Source of the DNA: Nitrospirae bacterium CG2_30_53_67
Lineage (GTDB): Bacteria; CG2-30-53-67
NCBI GenBank assembly: GCA_001873285.1
Contig: MNYV01000017.1
Coordinates: forward strand, 1 to 52,690
Direction of reading: 5' to 3'
DNA length: 52,690 bases
The position numbers were made by a program, and so were the translations under genes. The notes under the pieces are model-generated. The model worked only from the letters and a program-made list of their open reading frames with translations. It was not told the DNA's origin and searched no databases. Below are positions 19,221 through 28,144 of this stretch, in pieces; position 1 is the first letter of the stretch, and each line of letters starts with the position of its first letter.

Positions 19221-19296
19221 GGGCCGTTAGCTCAGCTGGTAGAGCACCGCCCTTTTAAGGCGGGTGCCGTTGGTTCGAATCCAACACGGCTCACCA
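19221..19296 (+). tRNA. tRNA-Lys (anticodon TTT)
   Basis: Cloverleaf by eye: acceptor GGGCCGT/ACGGCTC, anticodon loop CTTTTAA, T-loop TTCGAAT, encoded CCA. Confidence 0.9.
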
Positions 19297-19388
19297 AAGA
19301 AAAAGGGGGGGGCAAAACATTCACGGACAGGGGCATAACCTGAGAATTTTTTGCCCTCTGAGAAGAAAATGATAAGATCATATATGCC

Positions 19389-19466
19389 GTCCCCATCGTC
19401 TAGCCTGGCCCAGGACACCGCCCTTTCACGGCGACGACGGGGGTTCAAATCCCCCTGGGGACGCCA
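19389..19466 (+). tRNA. tRNA-Glu (anticodon TTC)
   Basis: Acceptor GTCCCCA/TGGGGAC, anticodon loop CTTTCAC, T-loop TTCAAAT, encoded CCA. Confidence 0.9.
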
Positions 19467-19500
19467 AACAAAAAATTCAAATTTCAAAACTTAGAAGAGA

Positions 19501-19554
19501 GGGCAGATAGCTCAGATGGGAGAGCATCCCGGTTACGACCGGGAGGGTCACGGG
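19501..19554 (+). pseudogene. tRNA-Val-like 5' fragment (broken in the T-arm)
   Basis: Acceptor GGGCAGA, D-arm GCTCAGATGGGAGAGC, anticodon arm TCCCG-GTTACGA-CCGGG (TAC). After ...GGGTCACGGG the sequence runs CCACTGAGCAACATG before a T-loop-like TTCGATC. No 3' acceptor strand (TCTGCCC) follows. Confidence 0.6.
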
Positions 19555-19585
19555 CCACTGAGCAACATGTTCGATCAGAAAGAAC

Positions 19586-19661
19586 GGGCGGGTAGCTCAG
19601 CTGGGAGAGCATCGGCCTTACAAGCCGGGGGTCACAGGTTCAATCCCTGTTCCGCCTACCA
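19586..19661 (+). tRNA. tRNA-Val (anticodon TAC)
   Basis: Acceptor GGGCGGG, D-arm GCTCAGCTGGGAGAGC, anticodon loop CTTACAA, T-loop TTCAATC, encoded CCA. Confidence 0.88.
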
Positions 19662-19690
19662 AGTAATAAGAATTTGAAATTTCAAATTTC

Positions 19691-19742
19691 AAACCTGCAT
19701 ATTCAGTTGGTTAGAACGTCCCGGTTGTGACCGGGAAGGTCG
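19691..19742 (+). pseudogene. tRNA-like 5' fragment interrupted by family-B element
   Basis: The D-arm ATTCAGTTGGTTAGAAC is almost identical to that of tRNA-Asp at 19943. The anticodon arm TCCCG-GTTGTGA-CCGGG has the same stem as the fragment at 19501. The variable region AAGGTC is followed immediately by the family-B element. GCAGGAT at 19929-19935 is 6/7 complementary to the 5' strand AACCTGC. Confidence 0.5.
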
Positions 19743-19913
19743 CTTAGTGGTCCTGTTCGTAAATATGGTAACGTACCGAGAGTGCCGTAGGGCGGCATCA
19801 TCAAGGCGCGCGACTGAGGCGTACCCCCTGCGGTACGTCGCAAGGAGCGGAACGCCGAGGAGGCCGCCCTACGGCACTCGAATGCGACCGTATTTACGAA
19901 TAGGACCACTTAG
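19743..19913 (+). mobile_element. Family-B MITE-like long-hairpin element, copy B1 (with CTTAG direct duplications)
   Basis: The body 19748-19908 starts TGGTCCTGTTCGTAAATATGGT and ends ACCGTATTTACGAATAGGACCA, an imperfect ~26-nt TIR. The interior is also self-complementary (GTGCCGTAGGGCGGC...GCCGCCCTACGGCAC). CTTAG flanks both sides as a direct repeat, not an inverted one. Confidence 0.85.
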
Positions 19914-19942
19914 TCCCATCAACCCCGAGCAGGATAGCTGGG

Positions 19943-20019
19943 GGGGCGGTAGTTCAGTTGGTTAGAACGTCGGCCTGTCACGCCGAAGGTCACGGGTTCG
20001 ACCCCCGTCCGCCCCGCCA
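19943..20019 (+). tRNA. tRNA-Asp (anticodon GTC)
   Basis: Acceptor GGGGCGG/CCGCCCC, anticodon loop CTGTCAC, T-loop TTCGACC, discriminator G, encoded CCA. Confidence 0.9.
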
Positions 20020-20046
20020 GATATTCTGCTCTCTCTCCTGAAGGAC

Positions 20047-21509
<1,463 letters not shown>

Positions 21510-21524
21510 TCAAGAATGGATGGA

Positions 21525-23096
21525 TTACAAACGGGCCACCCGGACATCCACTACATTGGGAAGACCGGACAGTTTTTTCAAGAGATTCTTATCCACAGGA
21601 CTGTCGACATTCACGATAGAAATGGCCTTGCCTCCCGGCTCCTCCCGTCCGAATTGCATACGGGCGATGTTGATCCCGGCATCGGCCAGGGCTATTCCCA
21701 CGCTGCCGATCACACCCGGTTTATCATGATTCCGGAAAATGAGCATCTCCCCTTCCGGTATGGCCTCAAGGGGCATCCCGTCCACCATGACGATCCTGGG
21801 GTCTTTGTTGTTGAACAAGGTCCCGGAAATAGAGTTCCGGCCGTATTTCCCACGAATGGTGACCATAATCTTGTTCTGAAAATTCGGCCTTTCGCTCGAC
21901 TTGATTTCAGATATCCTGATACCCAGGTCTTTGGCCAGAAAGGGGGCGCTCACGTAGTTGACATCCGTAAAGTTCGAGAGGAACCCTTTGAGAATTCCAT
22001 TGGAAACAGGATCAGTATTCAATGCCGAGGCATCTCCGAAAAACTCCATGATCACCTCGTCGGCCCTTCCGTCGGCTACCTGGCCGAGGAAGGATCCGAG
22101 CTTTTCCCCCAGTGAGATATACGGCTGGATCTTTTGGAACTCATCCGCGGAAACGGCGGCCATGTTCCGGGCATTCCTTGCCACACCGGTCTTGAGGTAT
22201 TCCACCATCTGTTTGGCCACCATGACAGCCACGTTCACCTGTGCCTCACTGGTGGATGCCCCGAGATGAGGGGTGACCACCACATTTTCAAGCTGCAGCA
22301 AAGGATTGCCCAAGGGGGGTTCGTTCTCAAATACATCCAAAGCGGCCCCGGCTACTTTACCGCTTTTCAGAGCCTCAAGGAGATCCGCCTCCTTGATGAT
22401 CCCGCCGCGGGCACAGTTCACCAGGCGGACACCATTCTTCATCCTGGATATCGTCTCAGAGTTGATCAGGTATCGTGTTTCGGGCGAGAGCGGAGTATGG
22501 ACCGTAATGATATCGGACTGCGCGTAGATCTCATCAAGCGAGACCAGACTCACGCCCAGGGAACGGGCCATCTCCTCGGTCATGTAAGGATCGTATCCGA
22601 TGACGTTCATACCGAGAGATCTGGCACGCTGGGCCAGGTTCTTCCCGATATTGCCCAGACCGATGACCCCGAGGGTCTTCCCATAGAGTTCAATGCCTGT
22701 AAATTTTTTCTTTTCCCACTTGCCGATCTTCAGGCTCGCCGTGGCCTCAGGGATATTGCGGCACATGGACATGATCATAGCCAGGGTATGCTCCGCCGTG
22801 GTGATGGTGTTCCCTCCGGGCGTGTTCATGACCACAATCCCCTTGCGGCTGGCGGCGGCGATATCCACATTATCGAGACCCGTTCCGGCGCGTCCCACAA
22901 CCTTCAGCCGGGCTGCATGTTTAAGGAGTCCTTCGGTCACCTTGGTGGCGCTTCGAATCACCAGACCATCGTATTCCCCGATCATCCCGGCAAGTTCCTC
23001 CGCCGGCGTCGATGTTCTGGCGTCGACCTCCATGCCCGCCTCCTTGAAGATGGTTATCCCTTCAGGGGCCAGGTTGTCGCTGATCAGAATCTTCAT
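21525..23096 (-). CDS. serA: D-3-phosphoglycerate dehydrogenase (long form with C-terminal ACT domain)
   Basis: 523 aa. NAD fold GVIGLGNIGKNLA, catalytic region NCARGG...TPHLGAST, and a C-terminal ASB/ACT region. Confidence 0.92.
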   Translation of the reverse strand: MKILISDNLAPEGITIFKEAGMEVDARTSTPAEELAGMIGEYDGLVIRSATKVTEGLLKHAARLKVVGRAGTGLDNVDIAAASRKGIVVMNTPGGNTITTAEHTLAMIMSMCRNIPEATASLKIGKWEKKKFTGIELYGKTLGVIGLGNIGKNLAQRARSLGMNVIGYDPYMTEEMARSLGVSLVSLDEIYAQSDIITVHTPLSPETRYLINSETISRMKNGVRLVNCARGGIIKEADLLEALKSGKVAGAALDVFENEPPLGNPLLQLENVVVTPHLGASTSEAQVNVAVMVAKQMVEYLKTGVARNARNMAAVSADEFQKIQPYISLGEKLGSFLGQVADGRADEVIMEFFGDASALNTDPVSNGILKGFLSNFTDVNYVSAPFLAKDLGIRISEIKSSERPNFQNKIMVTIRGKYGRNSISGTLFNNKDPRIVMVDGMPLEAIPEGEMLIFRNHDKPGVIGSVGIALADAGINIARMQFGREEPGGKAISIVNVDSPVDKNLLKKLSGLPNVVDVRVARL

Positions 23097-23115
23097 GTTT
23101 AATCCTCACATTCTC

Positions 23116-24258
23116 TTATACTTCAAAAAGGACCTTCTCTGCTGCGCGTAAGCCCGCACCGAGTTCAAAGGAATACCCGAATTCCTTGAGTCCTCTCTCT
23201 ACGGAAGCCACGGCATTGATCACGTCCAGCACGTCCGCATAGCCGAGATGGGCGACCCGGATGACCTTCCCCTTGAGCTTGTCCTGCCCTCCGGCAATGG
23301 TTACACCATAATGATCCCGCAATTTTTTGTTGAAGGCCCCGCCATCGATACCGTCCGGCAGATAGACGCCGGTTACGGAATTGCTCGGAGAGTCCACGGC
23401 CAGGAGACGAAGCCCCAAGGCCCGAAAGGCCTCACGCGTGGCGTGAGCAAGCTTCTCATGCCGGGCGAAGATCTGCTTCAGCCCCTCCTGCTTCATCATC
23501 TCCAAAACCTTTCTCAGACCGATGATCATTGAAACCGGGCTGGTGAAGTTGGTCTGCCCGGTCTCGGCCTTGGCCTTTTCCTTCCTGAGGTTGAAATAGA
23601 AACGGGGGCATTTGGCGGACTCGTTGAAACGCCAGGCCTTGTCGCTGACACTGAGGAATGCCGCACCGGGAGGGAGCATGAGCGCCTTCTGAGAGCCGGT
23701 GATACAGATGTCGATCCCCCATTCATCCACAGGAAGGTCCACCACCCCGAGCGCCGTAATGGCATCCACGACCAGGATGGTATGCTCCCGCTTGCGGACA
23801 ATCTCCGCGATCTCCTTGACCGGATGGGCCACGGCCGTACAAGTCTCACTCGCCTGAACGTAAACCGCCTTGATGGACGGGTCTTTTTCAAGGGCCTCTC
23901 GAACGGCATCAGGTTTCACGGCCTCGCCCCAGGGGACGTCGATGTTGACCGGGGTCACTCCGTAGGCGTGGCAGATCTCGGCCCAGCGCTCCCCGAACTT
24001 CCCGCCGCGGACGCAGACGGCACGATCCCCAGGGGAGAGGAAATTGGTGACCGCGGCCTCCATGCCGCCGGTCCCTGATGAACTCAGAATCAACACCGTA
24101 TTCTTAGTCTGGAATAACCACTTCAGCCCTTCCAGTACCTCCTTTAAAATAGCAGCGAATTCCGGAGACCGGTGGTGAATCACCGGCTCCGACATGACCG
24201 AAAGAACCTCCGGCGGGACCGGTGTAGGTCCTGGGGCAAGCAGATATTTCTTTTTCAT
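23116..24258 (-). CDS. Class-V aminotransferase (AGXT/serine-pyruvate family), likely the phosphoserine aminotransferase partner of serA
   Basis: 380 aa. PLP-lysine context ITGSQKAL. Sits 19 nt upstream of serA on the same strand. The functional assignment is an inference from context. Confidence 0.8.
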   Translation of the reverse strand: MKKKYLLAPGPTPVPPEVLSVMSEPVIHHRSPEFAAILKEVLEGLKWLFQTKNTVLILSSSGTGGMEAAVTNFLSPGDRAVCVRGGKFGERWAEICHAYGVTPVNIDVPWGEAVKPDAVREALEKDPSIKAVYVQASETCTAVAHPVKEIAEIVRKREHTILVVDAITALGVVDLPVDEWGIDICITGSQKALMLPPGAAFLSVSDKAWRFNESAKCPRFYFNLRKEKAKAETGQTNFTSPVSMIIGLRKVLEMMKQEGLKQIFARHEKLAHATREAFRALGLRLLAVDSPSNSVTGVYLPDGIDGGAFNKKLRDHYGVTIAGGQDKLKGKVIRVAHLGYADVLDVINAVASVERGLKEFGYSFELGAGLRAAEKVLFEV

Positions 24259-24362
24259 GACCTCCCTTTCTTAACCTTTCTTATTAAATTTAACCGTCTT
24301 TTTCCGGCGATATGACAGAAGTTAAATTGTTAACATAGGGGTTTTTTATTGTCAAGACAAAA

Positions 24363-24408
24363 CCCAGACGCGGGTGCGCGACAAATTTGTCGCAGACCCC
24401 CCAGACGC
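24363..24408. repeat. 28-nt near-perfect palindrome flanked by a 9-nt direct repeat
   Basis: CCCAGACGC-GGGTGCGCGACAAATTTGTCGCAGACCC-CCCAGACGC. The two halves of the same palindrome recur split apart at 27528-27544 and 27673-27689. Confidence 0.7.
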
Positions 24409-24440
24409 TACCCCTGAATAGGGCCTTTTCAAATCACTTT

Positions 24441-25295
24441 TCAGATCGTCACGGAGGCCGCCGGCTCCGTGGTCTGCAGCCGGTCCTTAATCAGCCATAA
24501 GCCGCCTGCAATAATCAATCCCCCGCCGGCCCAGGCGAGGGGGTGCGGAACCTCCCCCCAAAAAACATAGCCATAGATCACGGATACAATGACCGTTAAA
24601 TAGCCGGCCGAGGCCACGGCCGGCGCGCGGTCCCTCTGGTACGCCAGGGTCATCAGGAGCTGGCCCAGACTGGCAAAGAGCGCCGCCCCGGAGAGAAAGA
24701 ACCACTGCCGGAGGTCAGGCATCACGAATGTTGGAAGGACCGGGAACGAAGTCAAAACGGCCGTCAGCAAAGTAAAGTTGAACACGATAACCAGAGGCGA
24801 GTCCGTGGCATTGAGACGCCGGACCAAAAGATGGGCCATGGCCGAAGCCGCTGATGCCCCGAGGGCCACCCAGGCGGCTGTGGGCCAGGCCATGGCCGGC
24901 TTCATGATCACGGCTACACCGGTCAGACCGGCAAAAATGGCGATCCATGCCGATCTCGGGGTCCTCTCTCCGATGACAAACGGAGCGAGGAGTGAAAGGA
25001 TCAGCGGATGCGAACTCCCGATGAACATGCACTCGGCAAGCGGCATGTGGGTCAGGGCATAAAAAGATCCGGTCATGGCCGCCATCCCGAAAAGGGTTCG
25101 GAAGAACATGACGTGCCCCGCCCTGACCCAAAGAGGTTTTTTACGCAATCGGACAAACAGAAACAGGAGAGGGATGGAGATTAAACAACGCAGGAAGACC
25201 AATTCCATCGGAGAGATCCCCGGACCCACCGCCTTGATCAGCGCGGACATGGTCGCAAAGCAGACGGAAGCAAAAAGCATGAAGATAATGCCCAT
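24441..25295 (-). CDS. EamA/DMT-superfamily transporter
   Basis: 284 aa, about 10 hydrophobic helices arranged as two EamA-like halves. Confidence 0.8.
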   Translation of the reverse strand: MGIIFMLFASVCFATMSALIKAVGPGISPMELVFLRCLISIPLLFLFVRLRKKPLWVRAGHVMFFRTLFGMAAMTGSFYALTHMPLAECMFIGSSHPLILSLLAPFVIGERTPRSAWIAIFAGLTGVAVIMKPAMAWPTAAWVALGASAASAMAHLLVRRLNATDSPLVIVFNFTLLTAVLTSFPVLPTFVMPDLRQWFFLSGAALFASLGQLLMTLAYQRDRAPAVASAGYLTVIVSVIYGYVFWGEVPHPLAWAGGGLIIAGGLWLIKDRLQTTEPAASVTI

Positions 25296-25409
25296 GACCC
25301 ACCATAAGATTTTAAAGATTCATGATATATTAAGGGTCTCATAACAATTTTAAGACCGTTAATGAAGTTGAAATCATAACATAAGATTTGGATAAACCAT
25401 CAAGGAAAA

Positions 25410-25631
25410 ATGCACAGTCCCCCTCCGGCCATTCTTCCAGAACCCCATATTTCCTCTCTTGAGGAGACTTGGACGTTACACAAGCTGGGGCTGTTTCAGG
25501 AGATCTGCAGAAGCCTGAAGACCAGCAACTGCATCGAGTCGCTCATGTCCCTGATCGGTCAGAAGCTGGGCATCGAATGGGTATGTTACCCCAAACACCC
25601 CTCTGTCTGTTTTTCCTTGAAGTTTTTCTAA
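25410..25631 (+). pseudogene. Possible transposase C-terminal remnant
   Basis: The 73-aa ORF contains LEETWTLHKLGLFQEICRSLKTSNCIESLMSLIGQK. This resembles the conserved ...TLHRLGL...TTN.IES.N... block near the C-terminus of some IS transposases. There are no catalytic region and no IR ends nearby. Confidence 0.35.
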
Positions 25632-25719
25632 TGCCTTGATATAAAAGTTTTAACCATAACGTCTTCGGTGATCACGGCCGTTGTTTTGACGCCATTCTTC
25701 GTCGGGGAAAGGGGACCAC

Positions 25720-27276
25720 ATGGCAGAGTTCAGATACCGCTGGGCCCGGATCGGGGACATCAACGCCTTTTTCGGGCTGATGCTGGACAACATGTCCGAT
25801 CTGGTGATCATGGCCGGGATCCTGATCGGGGTCTTCGGCTTCCCCAAGGAGATCGTTCTTTACCGGATGCTTCCGGGCACGGCGATCGGCGTGCTGTTCG
25901 GGGACCTGATCTATACCTTTCTTGCCTTTCGCCTGGCGCAACAGACGGGCCGAGACGATGTGACGGCCATGCCGCTGGGACTCGATACGCCCTCCACGTT
26001 CGGGCTGGCCTTCGGCATCATCGGCCCGGCCTACCTCAAGTTCAAGGACCCGATCCTGGTCTGGCACATCACCACGGCGGTCATCATCCTCATGGGGATC
26101 ATCAAGATCATCGGGGCCTGGACCGGTCCTGCGATACGAAGGCTCGTGCCGCGGGCCGGGCTCCTCGGTTCCATTGCCGCCGTGGCCATGATGCTGATCG
26201 CCTTCTTCCCTTCACTCAAGATTTTTTCCAATCCTATTGTCGGTTTTGTCTCTCTGGGGATCATCCTGATGACCCTGATCGGAAAGATCAAGTTCCCCTT
26301 CAGGATGCCGGGCGCCCTGGCCGCCGTCCTGATCGGAACGGTGATCTATTATCTCCTTCACCTGACCGGTATCTCGGTGATTCCGGAAGAGCATCTGCCG
26401 AGACTCCATCTAAGCGTGGGGTTTCCTCTGCCCACACTCGGCTTCATGGAAGGAATGACTGAGGCCCTGAAATATCTCCCCATTGCCGCGCCTTTTGCGC
26501 TTGCGATTGTGGTGGGAGGGATTGATGTCACCGAATCCGCGGCCGCGGCCGGGGATGAGTACGACAGCAGGACGATCATCCTGACCGACGGGATCGGGAC
26601 CATCCTTGCGGGCCTCTGCGGCGGAATCCTTCAGAGCACCCCCTATATCGGCCATCCGGCCTACAAGGATATGGGAGGGAGGTCCGCATACACCCTGGCG
26701 ACCGCGGTCTTTATCGGCCTAGGCGGTATCCTCGGATACCTCTCCTTTTTCGTTAATCTCCTCCCGGAAGCGGCCGTGGCCCCGATCCTGGTCTTTATCG
26801 GGCTCGAGATCACGGCCCAGGCCTTTGAGTCCAGTCCGGCCCGTCATGCCAAGGCCGTGGCCATGGCCTTCATCCCGGTGATCGCCAATCTTCTCTTTAT
26901 CGAGATCGGAAGCCATATCACCAACCTCGGGAAGGAAGCCTCGGATCTGACCGGTGAGGTGGCCGTCACGTTTCAGACCATCATGATGATGGGAAACGGT
27001 TTCATCCTCTCATCGCTCCTCTGGGGCTCCATCACCGCCTTTATTATTGATAGAAAGCTCAAGATCGCCGCGGCATTTCTCTTGACGGCTGGGGTTTTCT
27101 CGCTTTTCGGAATCATCCACTCCCCCTTTGCAAGCGGCGAGATCTTTCTCCCCTGGCAGATCCAGACCACGGCCCATTACAAATTCTTCGCCGCTTACCT
27201 TCTCACCGGACTCCTCTTGTTCGCCCTGGACGGCCCCTCCAATGCCGACACGGGACCCGGCAAAAAAAGTCAGTGA
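25720..27276 (+). CDS. Polytopic membrane permease (possibly NCS2/xanthine-uracil permease superfamily)
   Basis: 518 aa with more than 12 predicted hydrophobic helices. The family assignment is a weak recollection. Coding status is strong (long ORF with a consistent hydrophobic pattern). Confidence 0.6.
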   Translation: MAEFRYRWARIGDINAFFGLMLDNMSDLVIMAGILIGVFGFPKEIVLYRMLPGTAIGVLFGDLIYTFLAFRLAQQTGRDDVTAMPLGLDTPSTFGLAFGIIGPAYLKFKDPILVWHITTAVIILMGIIKIIGAWTGPAIRRLVPRAGLLGSIAAVAMMLIAFFPSLKIFSNPIVGFVSLGIILMTLIGKIKFPFRMPGALAAVLIGTVIYYLLHLTGISVIPEEHLPRLHLSVGFPLPTLGFMEGMTEALKYLPIAAPFALAIVVGGIDVTESAAAAGDEYDSRTIILTDGIGTILAGLCGGILQSTPYIGHPAYKDMGGRSAYTLATAVFIGLGGILGYLSFFVNLLPEAAVAPILVFIGLEITAQAFESSPARHAKAVAMAFIPVIANLLFIEIGSHITNLGKEASDLTGEVAVTFQTIMMMGNGFILSSLLWGSITAFIIDRKLKIAAAFLLTAGVFSLFGIIHSPFASGEIFLPWQIQTTAHYKFFAAYLLTGLLLFALDGPSNADTGPGKKSQ

Positions 27277-27510
27277 CCTCGGAGGCTTGACGTTTGCCGG
27301 CCCCTCAAATGGGCTTATTCGCAAACGGTTAAGAACACCCTCCCCTTAATCCCCTCCCATCAAGGGAGTGGAAACCATATGGCAGTTCCCTCGCCCCTTG
27401 TGGGAGAGGGGTAAAGCATTTCGGTTAACTGCATACTCCCGGAATGGCCAAACTCCGGGAGTCCCCCGGCAGAGTCGGGGGTTTACCTAAATGCAATTAC
27501 GAGTAAATCC

Positions 27511-27715
27511 GCCCCGGAGCCCCGGAAGGGTCTGCGACAAAAATGCCTGTCCTCCGACCGGACAATCCATGGTTCGACAAGCTCACCATGACAATTGTCA
27601 CCCTGAGCCTGTCGAAGGGTGGATTCCCCGATCGAGTCGGGGAATGACGCTCTTAGAGAAATATTTGCCCATAAATTTGTCGCACACCCGCCCCGGAAAA
27701 ACAGCCCCGGAAAAA
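27511..27715. repeat. Split copy of the GCGACAAATTTGTCGC palindrome with a ~130-nt structured insert
   Basis: GGGTCTGCGACAAA (27528-27541) and AAATTTGTCGCACACCC (27673-27689) bracket an insert containing the hairpins TTCGACAAGC...GCCTGTCGAA and CCCCGATCGAGTCGGGG. GCCCCGGA repeats lie on both flanks. Confidence 0.6.
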
Positions 27716-27778
27716 CATATTGAACAATTTTTATTAAAATGTTAATTTTATTATTCATCTTTTAAGAAAGGGTCTTCA

Positions 27779-28121
27779 CCAAAAGAGTGAGTGAAAACAA
27801 AAGGGGCCAAGGGGTCAAGGATTCCAGGGGTCAAGTGAAGTGCTAAAAACATAAGGGGCCGAGGGTTCAAGGGTTACGCTTCGCGTGCCCCGCTTTTCTC
27901 TATCATCTTTGCCGTCTGCGACGGCTATTACACCAAGGTATCTTGGGGTCAAGGGTTAGAGTGTTTTTTTCTGGAGATTTTGCCTGCGTTTAAGTATTTC
28001 ACCCTGTTAGAGAGCTCGTCTCTCTAACGGGGTTCACTTGAACCCTTGGCCCCTTGACTCCTATAACCCTATGGTTCTTGAATCCTCGAACCCTTTTTAC
28101 CCACTAAATGGGAGAAGAACC
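27779..28121 (+). repeat. Family-A composite inverted-repeat element, copy 2
   Basis: Left end CCAAAAGAGTGAGTGAAAACAAAAGGGGCCAAGGGGTCAAGGATTCCAGGGGTCAAGTGAAGTG. Right end CACTTGAACCCTTGGCCCCTTGACTCC...GAATCCTCGAACCCTTTTTACCCACTAAATGGGAGAAGAACC. It ends 24 nt upstream of the radical-SAM gene. Confidence 0.85.
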
Positions 28122-28144
28122 TTAAGAATAAGGCGATATTCCAT

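Noticed and set aside
19703-19965. Mirror-image ORFs MVLFVNTVAFECRRAASS... (minus) and MVLFVNMVTYRECRRAASS... (plus). A similar ORF lies at 37610-37912.
   Set aside because: They arise because the family-B element is a near-perfect palindrome, so both strands read alike. They are not evidence of coding.
25410-25631. Intact insertion sequence
   Set aside because: Only a 73-aa C-terminal-like fragment exists. There is no DDE region and there are no terminal inverted repeats, so it is listed only as a low-confidence remnant.
25668-26462. 264-aa plus-strand ORF overlapping the permease gene in another frame
   Set aside because: It is Arg/Pro/Gly/Asp-rich with no hydrophobic pattern. The overlapping 518-aa frame gives a coherent polytopic membrane protein.
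27779-28121. Family-A GGGGTCAAGG-type repeats as a CRISPR array
   Set aside because: The sub-repeats are ~10 nt, irregularly spaced and arranged as inverted rather than direct repeats. There are no unique spacers of constant length and no cas genes in the window.
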